NCBI RefSeq assembly: GCF_006345805.1
Contig: NC_043022.1
Coordinates: forward strand, 21,948,001 to 22,012,000
Reading direction: 5' to 3'
DNA: 64,000 bases
From: Octopus sinensis
Lineage: Eukaryota
The position numbers and the translations under genes are program-made. The notes under the pieces were generated by a model that saw only the letters and a program-made list of their open reading frames with translations, ran no database searches and was not told where the DNA came from. This document shows positions 24,662 to 36,958 of this stretch, piece after piece. Within the stretch, counting starts at the first letter, position 1; each line of letters starts with the position of its first letter.

Positions 24662-24845
24662 AGGGAGAGTTTACGGAAAAAAACAAAAGACGAAGACAGG
24701 TGGTGTACAAAACAAACAGATGTATTAGTATAATGCTCAGGAATAGAAAAAGTCTTTTACGTTTCGAGCCTATGCTCTTCTACAGAAAGGGGCACAGAAA
24801 AAACAAGGAGAGAAAAAAATGTGTGTAGTGGCTAACGATCTATCA
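24662..24845 (-). mobile_element. Penelope-like terminal-repeat fragment with hammerhead motif (family B)
   Basis: Hammerhead-shaped motif at 24754-24789; second copy at ~25948-26100 (motif 26038-26073). Confidence 0.75.
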
Positions 24846-26930
24846 TATATATATATATATATATATATATTCACAGAAAGAAAGATAGATAGATAGATAG
24901 TCACATACACACAACATATATATATTATTTATTCACTTGGTTTCAATGTCCAATGTAAACCTGTCTCAGAGAGGAATTGATTCTGAAACAAGATTTTATG
25001 GCTGGGTGCTCTTTTCATTGCCAAATCTCACCTGTTTTTCAAGGAAGATATTTTTATATTACACAAGTCTTTGAATGTATAGAATAACTGGTTATAATAA
25101 TCAGTAAGTGAAATATCAACATTCAATCACACACACACACACATGTATACATATCACCATCATCATCATCATCAGAACTGTTTCAACATTCAAGTTTCCA
25201 TGCTTGCCTGAGCCATATGGAATTTGTTAGGTAGATTTTCTATAGCTAGATACCCCCTCTGTCACAATCCTCATCTGGTTTGGAGACAGATATTTTTCCA
25301 TGGTCAGGCATGTTTTCAAGGAAGACAAACAACCCCACCAGTATGATGATGATGCTCATTAAAGACCATCATGTGATATCTAGACAATTATACACACGTT
25401 TGGCAGGCTTCTTTCAGTTTCCATTTACTAAATCTATTCACAAGGCTTTGATCAGCCAGTGTTACTATGGTAAAAGGGATTTGCCTTAGGTGCCATGCAG
25501 TGGGACTGAACTGAAGGCCACATGATTGGGAAGCAAGCTCTACAACCCCACAGCCATGCCATACATGCGCACGTGTGTGTGTGGGGTGAAGAGGAGTGTC
25601 TTGAGTCCTCCTGCATGGAACAACCTCTCTTGTGCTAGTAGTAAGATAAAACACACCCAGTCCACAATGTAAGACTTACATTACATTAAAGTTGGTATCT
25701 TCTGTTGGCTGCTGTGTGTTCAAGCTGACAAGGCCTGGGACGACTTGTCCAACCCAGGCCAATGTGGGAAAACATCCATAAAATTATGATGATGTAAAAT
25801 GGTGATTATTCCAAACACAATGTTTATTTTATTTGTGACAGTCACACTTTTTTTCTTTAACTTCTTAATATTTAACTTGCATTTCAAAAACCTACTATAA
25901 AAGGAACAAATGCCCACATTCATGTATACAAACATAATAGAAGTCTAGGGAGAGTTAACAAAAAAAACAAAAGACGAAGACAGGTGGTGTACAAAACAAA
26001 CAGATGTATTAGTATAACGCTCAGGAATAGAAAAAGTCTTTTATGTTTCGAGCCTATGCTCTTCTACAGAAAGGGACATAGAAAAAACAAGGAGAGAAAA
26101 ATAATATAAGTCTATCTTGTCTGTGATGATGGTACATACTTAAATGGAGGGGCAGTGCCCATGACCTTTTTCAAGTCATTTGAGACCAGTGGAAGGCAGA
26201 AAAGAATTAGAGATCTGATCCAAATGCTTCCAATAAAGTGAGTTCTACTAAAGTATGCTCAGAGGTAGGTGATGGTGTTAAAATCAGGCAACAGATTAAC
26301 TGTGTTCCTGTGTATGATACATACACACACTCAAACACATAGTCTTCACAAACATTATACACACAAAAAAGCCTCTCTTTCTTACTTTCTTTCTTTCTTT
26401 CTCCCTCTCTCTCCACACACACACACATACAAAACAGTCTCTCTACACACAAACAAAAAACAAATTCTACACTAATGCAGGAGGCGCAGGAGTGGCTGTG
26501 TGGTAAGTAGCTTGCTTACCAACCACATGGTTCCGGGTTCAGTCCCACTGCGCGGCACCTTGGGCAAGTGTCTTCTACTATAGCATCGGGCTGACCAAAG
26601 CCCTGTGAGTGGATTTGGTAGACGGAAACTGAAAAAAGCCTGTCGCATATACGTATACATATATGTGTGTGTGTGTGTGTCTGTGTGTTTGTGTGTCTGT
26701 GTGTTTGAGTGTCTGTGTTTGTGCCCCCAACATCGCTTGACAACTGATGCTGGTGTGTTTACGTCCCCGTCACTTAAAGGTTCGGCAAAAAAGACCGATA
26801 GAATAAGTACTAGGCTTACAAAGAATAAGTCCTGGGGGGTTGATTTGCTCGACTTAAAGGCGGTGCTCCAGCATGGCCGCAGTCAAATTACTGAAACAAG
26901 TAAAAGAGTAATGTACACACACACACGTAC

Positions 26931-27085
26931 CTTCTTTGCTTTCTTTCTAGGTCGTTATTGCGAGATGTTTGTTCATCAAGATGTCGCTTAATATCTTGCA
27001 TTTCAGCATTCAGTTTTGTGCATTTCTTCTTCTGACTGCACACCTGTTGACGTAGCGTTTCTTTCTCCTCTGTTGTCTCCTGATA
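26931..27085 (-). CDS. MYO18A: Myosin-XVIII exon F (155 nt)
   Basis: tgcAG acceptor, AG|GTACGT donor, phase 0-2; YQETTEEKETLRQQVCSQKKKCTKLNAEMQDIKRHLDEQTSRNNDLERKQR(R) (cf. [34 protein letters not shown]). Confidence 0.95.
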
Positions 27086-27280
27086 CTGCAATAACAACAC
27101 ATAACAATAACTGGACTGAACACCAAAATAACATTCAAGATTTATTGTGTCATAAGACAGATTTATGGGAGGAACTACGGGGTACTATAGTTACACCACT
27201 ATGGATGAGGTACTGCCTTATATATGTGAGGCAAGTTACGTTCCCGTAACTTAGCAGTTCAGAAAAAGTGACCAATAGAT

Positions 27281-27665
27281 TGCATATAGCGTGGGGACGC
27301 TGGCAACGGGTAGTGTCAGAGCTATGCCGTAAGGAACTTCGGTTCCTGGTAGGGCCACCAAAGGCAGATTGGTCTGACACCGAGTGGTATTAGGGCCACA
27401 ACCTGGCAGACGGGGCTCTGGTGAAAATCCTCGGAGTGTCTGTTTCGGCAACCAGTGGCTCCTCAGTCGTTCTGCCCCTGCGTCTGCGGACAATCTGCGG
27501 CAAACAGGATGTCTCTACATGCAGGATTGTTGGGGACCGCTTGTCAAATACACATATTCCCATAAAACTTCTTCCATGAATTCTCAATAGCGAATACAAT
27601 GCCTCGAGGGTGGTGGAAGAAGCCGACTCAATCCGCCAAGGGGGAATGTCGCCACAAGTACAAGT
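27281..27665 (-). mobile_element. GC-rich insertion, probable RTE 5'-UTR fragment, nested in an S1 SINE tail
   Basis: Interrupts the S1 tail between ...ACCAATAGAT and AAGTA(TA)CTAGGCTT; sense GGTGGCCCTACCAGGA...GGCATAGCTCT resembles RTE 5' UTRs (from recall). Confidence 0.5.
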
Positions 27666-27792
27666 AAGTATACTAGGCTTAGAAAGAATAAGTCCTGGGG
27701 TTGATTTTATATATCATCATAATTCACATCCACTTTTCCATGCTTGCATGGATTGAACAAGTTTTATTGAGGAAGATTTTGTCATTGGGTAT

Positions 27793-27830
<38 letters not shown>

Positions 27831-28653
27831 GACAGGCTTCTTTCAGTTTCCGTCTACCAAATCTACTCACAAGGTTTTGGTCGGCTCAAGGCTATAGTAC
27901 TAGACACTTGCCCAAGGTGCCACGCAGTGGAACTAAACCTGGAACCATGTGGTTCGTAAGCAAGCTACTTACCAAACAGCCACTCCTACGCCTGTGTGTG
28001 TTTGGAAAAGAAAATAAATTTGATAAAGCTACCAGAATGAGAGTGAGTGTGTGTGTGTGTGTGAAAAATGTGTGTAGGTTTGACATACGAGTAAATACTC
28101 AAAAAACATGAAGGGAAATAAAGAATAAAGGTCAACTGATGCAAGTGGAGGTTGACAAGGATAAGCTATTACAATGACCTTTTCCTAACAGCCTTTCACT
28201 TCAACAGCATTTTATGCCTCAATCCCTTCCATAACATGTTCTAGTTTTTTGTCTTTTTCATCTCCCATTCAATGTTTCATATAATTCTGCCTTTTTATTC
28301 ATTATTCACAGTTGTACACAAACTCAGGTTATCTCCCTTCATTTCCAACCCCCCCCCCCCATGCCATCTCACTAACTTTTATCTTTTACTTGTTTCAGTC
28401 ATTGGGACTGTCACCATATTCTAGCGACACCTTGAATGATTTTACTTGAAGAAATCTACTCTAGTATTTAGTTTTCTAAGCCTCATACTTACTCTATCAG
28501 TTTCTTTTACACAGCTGCTAAATACTGGGGATGTAAGCAAACCAACACTGGTTGTCATGCAATGAGCAGGGGAGACAAGCGCAAGCACACACACACACAC
28601 ACACAAAATGGGTTTTCACAGTTTCTGTCTGTCACATGATGTCAAGAAACAGA

Positions 28654-29797
28654 TACCTATTTCTTTACTGCCCACAAGGAGCTACACACAGAGGGGACAA
28701 ACAAGGACAGACAAACGGATTAAGTCGATTATATTGACTCCAGTGCGTAACTGGTACTTAATTTATCGACCCCCGAAAGGATGAAAGGCAAAGTCGACCT
28801 CGGCGGAATTTGAACTCAGAACGTAGCGGCAGACGAAATACCTATTTCTTTACTACCCACAAGGGGCTAAATGCAGAGGGGAGAAACAAGGACAGACAAA
28901 CGGATTAAGTCGATTATATTGACTCCAGTGCGTAACTGGTACTTGATTTATCGACCCCCGAAAGGATGAAAGGCAAAGTCGACCTCGGCGGAATTTGAAC
29001 TCAGAGCGTAGCGGCAGACGAAATACCTATTTCTTTACTACCCACAAGGGGCTAAATGCAGAGGGGAGAAACAAGGACAGACAAACGGATTAAGTCGATT
29101 ATATCGACTCCAGTGCGTAACTGGTACTTGATTTATCGACCCCCGAAAGGATGAAAGGCAAAGTCGACCTCGGCGGAATTTGAACTCAGAACGTAGCGGC
29201 AGACGAAATACCTATTTCTTTACTACCCACAAGGGGCTAATGCAGAGGGGAGAAACAAGGACAGACAAACGGATAAGTCGATTATATCGACTCCAGTGCG
29301 TAACTGGTACTTGATTTATCGACCCCCAAGGAGGATGAAAGGCAAAGTCGACCTCGGCGGAATTTGAACTCAGGCGTAGCGGCAGACGAAACCTATTTCT
29401 TTACTACCCACAAGGGGCTAAATGCAGAGGGGAGAAACAAGGACAGACAAACGGATTAAGTCGATTATATCGACTCCAGTGCGTAACTGGTACTTGATTT
29501 ATCGACCCCGAAAGGATGAAAAGCAAAGTCGACCTCGGCGGAATTTGAACTCAGAACGTAGCGGCAGACGAAATACCTATTTCTTTACTACCCACAAGGG
29601 GCTAAATGCAGAGGGGAGAAACAAGGACAGACAAACGGATTAAGTCGATTATATTGACTCCAGTGCGTAACTGGTACTTGATTTATCGACCCCCGAAAGG
29701 ATGAAAGGCAAAGTCAACCTTGGCAGAATTTGAACTCAGAACGTAGCGGCAGACGAAATACTGCTAAGCATTTCGCCCGGCGTGCTAACGTTTCTGC
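28654..29797 (-). repeat. Tandem array of six S2 SINE units (~185 bp), only one with a head
   Basis: Units start near 28654, 28838, 29023, 29208, 29390 and 29573; a single A-box head at ~29760-29797. Confidence 0.95.
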
Positions 29798-31262
29798 CCA
29801 CACACACCACGTACATCCACACATGCATATATAACAGGTTTCTTTCAGGTTCTATCTACCAAATTCACTTACAAGGCATTGGTCAGCCTGGGACTATATC
29901 AAAAGACACTTGCCCAAAGTCTCAAGGTGCTACACATGTTGGATTGAACTTGAAACCATGTGGTTACAAAGCATGCATCTAACCAACGCAATCATGCTTG
30001 TGCCTTTTCAACAATAAATATGTGTGTGTGTGTGTCTATGTTTTAATCAGCGTACTAAAAGACATATACCCAAAGTCCAAATAATCAATCTTTATTTACG
30101 TATACATGTGTGAGTGTGTGTGTGTACATATACATACACACACACACACACACACATATATATACATACATATATATACATACACAAACACATATACACA
30201 TATATATATGCAGGTGGCACGTAAAAAGCACCCACTACACTCACGGTGTGGTTGGCGTTAGGAAGGGCATCCAGCCGTAGAAACACTGCCTGATGAAGCT
30301 TTCCGGCTTCACAGACCCCAGTTGAACCATCCAACCCATGCTAGCATGGAAAACGGATGCTAAATGATGATGATGATACATACAGAGTCTATTTACAAAT
30401 TATATACTATTTATTTATTATTTCGTACTTTTGTTAGTTCTAGGTAAATGTTTTATCGTATCTTTAATTTTTTTCTATATGGTATGATTTAAGTATATCA
30501 TTGTTGAATTGCTACATGGTGGTTCTTTAATTTACACACACACGCACACTCAAGCCTCAGTCTATTGCCAATATTCTATATTCTAAGATTTTCCATAGCT
30601 GCACCTCTGTTATATTTTCTATCATATTCTCTAACTCAATCCTTTTTTGTTTTGACAATTTGTTCAATGAAACCTGTAGACTGAAACATGCTGCAGTTTT
30701 GTCACAGATCATTAAAATTAACTACTCTAAATATTCTCATTGATTTTACAGAGTGAGTCTTTTTGGTTGGTGATGGATACTAGTAATAGGGGGAGGAGAG
30801 AGAAAGGGAGAGAAGGGGAGGAAATGGGAAACAGAAGGGAGGTAAGTGGAGACAGAAGAGAAAGAATGAGAGTGGTGAGAGAGAGGTGGTGTTAGAGAGG
30901 GAATGTGAGAGTAACATACAGTGAGGGAGTGAGAGTCACTAGAAAATCTGCCAGAATAAGTGAAACAATAGAATGTTTACAAAATAGATTCAGTCTGACA
31001 TCTCTTACTTGCCATGTCTCTGCTTTATTCTAAAAGATGGGCAGAAGGGGTGGGAGTGTCAACTGATGATACTCTCAGGTCTGAGAGTACAAACAGATCC
31101 AAAAACCAAGTCTCTCTTTCTGGAAGGAATCAGCTATGTTCAGAGCTGGAGAGAGATGGCTACACCAAATCTATGAAAGAAATGAACAAGAGACACTGTG
31201 TGCCATGATAGTGTCTTTAGGACTACATCAAGGCAAAGAGAGAGAGAGAGAAAGAGAGAGAG

Positions 31263-32029
31263 TATTTCTTTATTCACCATAAGGTTGAGAAAAAGAGGGG
31301 ACAATATGGGGACAGACAAAACAAACATTGGGGTCAGGGCATCGAATGAGACGAAACATATGAATAAACAAACAATTAAAATATATACAATTAAATGAGG
31401 ATGCGTGATTAACAAAAAATGAAGTGGAGGACGTGGTTGACCCCACAAACCACATACTCACACTGAAGACTTTGCTTTCTCCTTTTTTACATTCTTGATT
31501 AAACTGGTTCTTTCACTCGCAACATACTTGCTATAGACTTCCATCTTTTACGAAACACACTTTGCGACAGGCATTTCTTCTCCAGCCTTATTTTTCGTTT
31601 CAAGTGGAAAACGAAAAAGTCGATTAGCTCGAGACTGGAGATAAACATGCCTGTTGCAATTCCTTTCACTCTGGTCTTCCATACTACTTCTTTCGCCACA
31701 GCAACTACCAAGAGAAAACAGGCTTGCTCCTCCCTATTCAGGGAGGTTGGCGGAACTATCTTAATTACAAATTCACTCGACAGTTGTACTCTTCTCGAAT
31801 GCGACAGCAGGTGTTCGACATAAGCCCAGAGTTCAGTCACCTTGGGGCATTGCACAATCGCGTGCAGGACAGTTTCACTGTCCCTCTCACATCTTGCACA
31901 AACCGACGAAGGTGCACACCCATGTCTAAAGAGCTTATCTCGAACTGGTAAAGCTCCTCTGTAACATTGCCAGGCCAGGGACTTCTGGTAATTATCCATA
32001 GGCCCCGGACAGAATGTTCTTTGGAACAG
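31263..32029 (-). mobile_element. L1/Tx1-clade LINE 3' fragment (ORF2 zinc knuckle + 3' UTR)
   Basis: LAWQCYRGALPV...CARCERDSETVLHAIVQC (CX2CX8HX4C)...KEVVWKTR...; UTR ends AATAAAGAAATA next to (CT)n; second 3'-UTR copy at 32881-33081. Confidence 0.88.
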
Positions 32030-33472
32030 GCTGGATGCCCTTCCTAACGCCAACCACTCCGTGAGTGTAGTGGGTGCTTTTTACGTGCCACCTGCACAGG
32101 TGCCAGACGAGGCTGGCAAATGACCATGATCGGATGGTGCCACCGGCACGGAGGCCAGTTGGGGCAGTGCTGGCAACGGCCACGTTCGGATGATTCTCTT
32201 ACGTGCCAGACAAAACAGTGCCATAAAACAGTGTCTCAATAATATATGTACATCTAACCTATGCAAGCATAGTGAAATGGATATAAAATGAACACACATA
32301 TGAGTGTATATGTCTATTTTATACATCGAAAACTTACTACAGACACACAGGTTGTATATATACAACCACATATATACACACTGAGATTCACACACAAAAC
32401 ACAAATTTAGTATTGATTTTGCTGTTATTTAATTTGACTGTTTCTCATCACAGAATGATGAGAAGATCACAAATTGAAGATGTTGAAAGCAAACTACTGC
32501 TGAGATCTTAAGCTCTTTACTACTGAAGGGTTTCTTTTTATACATGGAAGCTACTGAAAATAGAATCTACAAATTGCGACATGACAAACCATTTAAAAAA
32601 CAAATTTTGTACTGAATTGGCTGACTAATTAATTAAAGGCGGACTTAACTTGGGAAGACATCAGCCAGGTAAATAAACAGATATTTGACAAAACAACTGA
32701 CTTAACTAGCAGCAAGACAAATAAGGTTTATCTAAGCTCCTCTCATCCAGAACTTTCCTATAGCAGCAGCTTGGAAGGTAAAATTTTGGACTGGTTTGTT
32801 CAAACAGCAGTCAAGGACAAAATTGAAATTTCCAATAGGGGACAGTAACAAATGTGGTTTATGTGTTTACGATGAGAGAGTATTTCTTTATTCACCATAA
32901 GGTTGAGAAAAAGAGGGGACAATACGGGGACAGACAAAACAAACGTTGGGGTCAGGGTATCGAATGAGACGAAACGTATGAATAAACAAACAATTAAAAT
33001 ATATACAATTAAGTGAGAATGAGTGATTAACAAAAACAATGAAGCGGAGGACGCGGTTGACCCCACAAATCACATACTCACAGAGAGGAAATGGTTGATT
33101 GATCAACCTGGTAGAAATTGCAGTTAAATCCTGCTTTCAAATAAACTCACATTATGTAGTCTTAGATATGCAATGTGTGAAGAAAAGAAAGGATGATTGT
33201 GACTGGAAAATCTGATCATAGATCTGCTAGATGAATGTTCACCAGAAGTTAAAAGCAACAGTTATGTATGTGGCGATACAGACACAAAGAAGAGGGTGAC
33301 AGCGAGACACATGACAGTAACACAGGGGTTTGAGACACAGGGACGGTAGCACAAGTCAGAGAAACTAAAAAAGGGAACACAGGGATCTGAGAAACAAGAG
33401 TCAAAGAGACAGGAGGAGATAGAAAACAGATAAACAACAGTCAGGGAGATAGAGAAGATTGAAGCAGGAGAC

Positions 33473-33822
33473 ATTGAGACAGGTGTTAAACAGGGTCATT
33501 GAGACAGGTGTTAGACAGGGTCATTGAGACAGGTGTTAGAGAGGGTCATTGAGATAGGTGTTAAACAGGGTCATTGAGACAGGTGTTAGACAGGGTCATT
33601 GAGACAGGTGTTAGAGAGGGTCATTGAAACAGGTTAGACAGGTGTTAGACAGGGTCATTGAGACAGGTGTTAAAGAGGGTCATTGAGATAGGTGTTAGAG
33701 AGGGTCATTGAGATAGGTGTTAGGGAGGGTCACTGAGACAGGTGTTAGAGAGGGTCACTGAGACAGGTGTTAGAGAGGGTCATTGAGACAGGAGTTAGGG
33801 AGGGTCATTGAGATAGGTGGAT
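33473..33822. repeat. 25-bp minisatellite, about 14 copies
   Basis: Unit TTGAGACAGGTGTTAGACAGGGTCA; AGGTGTTA recurs at 33481, 33506, 33531 and onward. Confidence 0.95.
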
Positions 33823-33959
33823 ATTGAGACAAGAGTCAGTGAAACAGGGGTCGAGAAAACATGAGTCAATGAGATTGGGGTTATTGATATAGGGGATACT
33901 GATGCAAGAGACATTAACGCTGGGCTCAAGGGACAGAACAGTGAAATAGTAACAAATAC

Positions 33960-34087
33960 CCTTTTCTCTAGATGTCGCTTAATGTTCTGTTCCTGTTGTA
34001 GTTCTTCCTCGTGTTGATGTTGTAGTTGTTGTTTCAGGAAGTGAAGCTCTTTCCGGGATTTCTCGTAGCGTTCTTTGTAAACACTCT
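33960..34087 (-). CDS. MYO18A: Myosin-XVIII exon E (128 nt)
   Basis: ttacAG acceptor, AGG|GTATTT donor, phase 1-0 completing exon D's split codon; (E)SVYKERYEKSRKELHFLKQQLQHQHEEELQQEQNIKRHLEKR. Confidence 0.92.
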
Positions 34088-34154
34088 CTGTAAACAGACC
34101 ATCGAGATTGAGACACTGTAACTAGTGAGAACAACAGTGGTCCACACACACATA

Positions 34155-34194
<40 letters not shown>

Positions 34195-34684
34195 CGTCTC
34201 AAAACCCTGAAATGCTGTCAAGATGTTTTAATAACAGTAACAACAACAATAATATTGATAATAAGAATATAATCCACTACAATAACAGGTGTATTGATTA
34301 AAATGATGAAAAAAAGATGCAAGCAAATTCAAAACACAAAACCCCAGGACTTACACACGCACAACACCAAAAGGTGGAAGTGCTAGTTACTGCTTACATA
34401 TTAGGTAGAGAACCTCTGGAATTACAGACACAACCTACAGAAAATAATACTACTGGGTACTGGCCATAAATTATATAGAGTACCTTAGGACTTACACATA
34501 TACTCTTTCTCTTTTACTTGTTTCAGTCATTTGACTGTGGCCATGCTGGAGCACCGCCTTTAGTCGAGCAACCCAGGACTTATTCTTTGGAAGCCTAGTA
34601 CTCATTCTACCGGTCTCTTTTGCCGAACAGCTAAGTTACGGGGATGTAAACACACCACCAAGCGATGTTGGGGAGGGGGGGCAA

Positions 34685-34772
34685 ACACAGACACACAAAC
34701 ATATACACACACATACATACATATATGTGTATGTGTGTATATATATATATAATATATACATACATACATATA

Positions 34773-34806
<34 letters not shown>

Positions 34807-34816
34807 CATACATACA

Positions 34817-34852
<36 letters not shown>

Positions 34853-34998
34853 CATACATACATATATGTATATATATACATACATACATACATACATACA
34901 TATATGTATATATACATACATACATACATATATGTATATATATATATATACATACATACATGTATATATATACATACATACATACATATATACATACA

Positions 34999-35036
<38 letters not shown>

Positions 35037-35125
35037 AACATATATGCATATATATATACATACATACATACATACATGCATATATATATATACATACATA
35101 TATGCATATATATATACATATATGC

Positions 35126-35160
<35 letters not shown>

Positions 35161-35171
35161 AATATATACTC

Positions 35172-35206
<35 letters not shown>

Positions 35207-35246
35207 TACTCATATATATATATACACACACATACATACATATATA
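34685..35246. repeat. Expanded TA/TACA microsatellite inside one S1 SINE
   Basis: Flanked by the S1 tail (34507-34685) and S1 head (35247-35400) in register. Confidence 0.95.
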
Positions 35247-36226
35247 CGACGGGCTTCTTTCAGTTTCCATCTACCAAATCCATTCACAAGGCTTTGGTCG
35301 ACCTGAAGCTATAGTAGAAGACACTTATGCAAGGTGCCACGCAGTGGGAACGAACCCAGAACCATGTGGTTGGGAAGCAAGCTACTTATCACACAGCCAC
35401 TAGGCACAGTAGACATTTATGTACTCTACCATCAATACAACAGAACACAAAATCAAAACCAAATACCTCACATGCCCAAAGCACACAGAACTTGGTAATG
35501 CTGTCAAAGCATGACAAAAATAAAACCTATGAAAGAATAATGATTCTTTTTACTACGATCCTGAAATTTTGGGGGAGTGGGCGAGTCAATTATATCGACC
35601 CCAGAGCTCAAGGGTGCTTAATTTATTGACCCTGAAAGGATGAAAAGCAAAGTTGACCTGGGCAGAATTTGAATATACAGTCACCGAGAAGAAATGCTGC
35701 TGAGCAGAGCATTCTGTCTGGTATGCTTAATGATTCTGCCGGCCCACAACCTTAAAAAAAAAATAGTGATTTCAAATTCTGGCACAAGGCCAGCAATTTG
35801 AGGTAAGGGTTTAAGTGGATTACATTGACCCTAGTGCTCAACTAATACTTATTTTATTGACCCCGCTGAAAGGGTGAAAGGTAAAGTCAATATTGGCAGA
35901 ACTTGAACTTAGAATGTAAAGGTAGATGAAATGCTGCTAAGCATTTTGCCTGACATGCTAATGGTTGTTGCAAAGCATTTTGTCCAATGTGTTGATAATT
36001 CTGTCTCCTCACCACCACATTATTATTATTATTATTATTATTATAGTGGTTGGCTACACTCACAGAGTGGTTGGCGTTAGGAAGTGCATCCAGCTGTAGA
36101 AACACTGCCAGATCAGACTGGAGCCTGGTGCAGCCTCCTGGCTTCTCAGACCCCAGTTGAACTGTCCAACCCATGCTAGCATGGAAAGCGGACGTTAAAC
36201 GATGATGATGATATTATTATTATTAA

Positions 36227-36412
36227 TGGCCTCACAGAGGAACTGACGAAGACCGAGACCTCTGAGATATGCTATGGCTGTGAAGACCCGACAAATGAAG
36301 TGAGTTCATGGCTCACAGGACGGCCTGCTGTGCTAACCTTGGATCGTAGAGTGACCTGCTGTTCTTTTGGAGACCTTTTGAGTCAAGTACGTCAGCACCA
36401 ACATCAAAATAA
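36227..36412 (+). mobile_element. RTE LINE extreme 3' fragment
   Basis: Frameshifted GLTEELTK/RDL.RYAMAVKTRQMK* plus short UTR. Confidence 0.6.
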
Positions 36413-36843
36413 ATACCAGACGAAATACCTATTTCTTTATTACCCACAAGGGGCTAAAGACAGAGGGGACAAACAAGGACAGACATAGGTATTAAGTCGA
36501 TTACATCGACCCCAGTGCATAACTGGTACTTATTTAATTGATCCCGAAAGGATGAAAGGCAAAGTCGACCTCGGTGGAATTTGAACTCACAATGTAGTGG
36601 CAGACGAAATACCATTAGGCATTTCGCCCGCTGTGCTAACGTTTCTGCCAGCTTGCCGACTTCTTAGCAATTCTTAGTAGGATTTCACCAGTTCTCTGAG
36701 AAAAAAATAAAAGATGGGAATCTCTCTAACCATACGTCTGCTTGGCCAAGGCTGACTGTGGATTAAATAGCAAATGAACTCTAATCCTACACAAGAGCAA
36801 CATTTGGGAAGAAGATATATATTTAATATTTAAGAAAACTCAC

Positions 36844-36958
36844 CATCAGCTGTATCTTCTTCTGCATCACCATCAAATGAGGTTGCCTGCCAAAGACGAC
36901 ATTGCATCACTTCACGCTCCAGCTTCTCATTTTGTCGACGTGTCTGATTGTATTTACC
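36844..36958 (-). CDS. MYO18A: Myosin-XVIII exon D (115 nt)
   Basis: ccacAG acceptor, G|GTGAGT donor, phase 0-1; GKYNQTRRQNEKLEREVMQCRLWQATSFDGDAEEDTAD, with the acidic hinge seen in MYO18A (GEVDDDDA). Confidence 0.92.

Noticed and set aside
30660-30700. Degenerate hammerhead (CAATGA-AACC-TGTA-GACT-GAAAC)
   Set aside because: Core and both stems are mismatched; it cannot be supported.
31014-31208. Myb/trihelix-like fragment (LCSELERDGYTKS)
   Set aside because: Too short, and the conserved Trp/Cys positions are absent.
36250-36275. CTGACGAAGACC as a hammerhead core
   Set aside because: It is the RTE ORF C-terminus (LTK/RDL); no GAAA or stem III follows.
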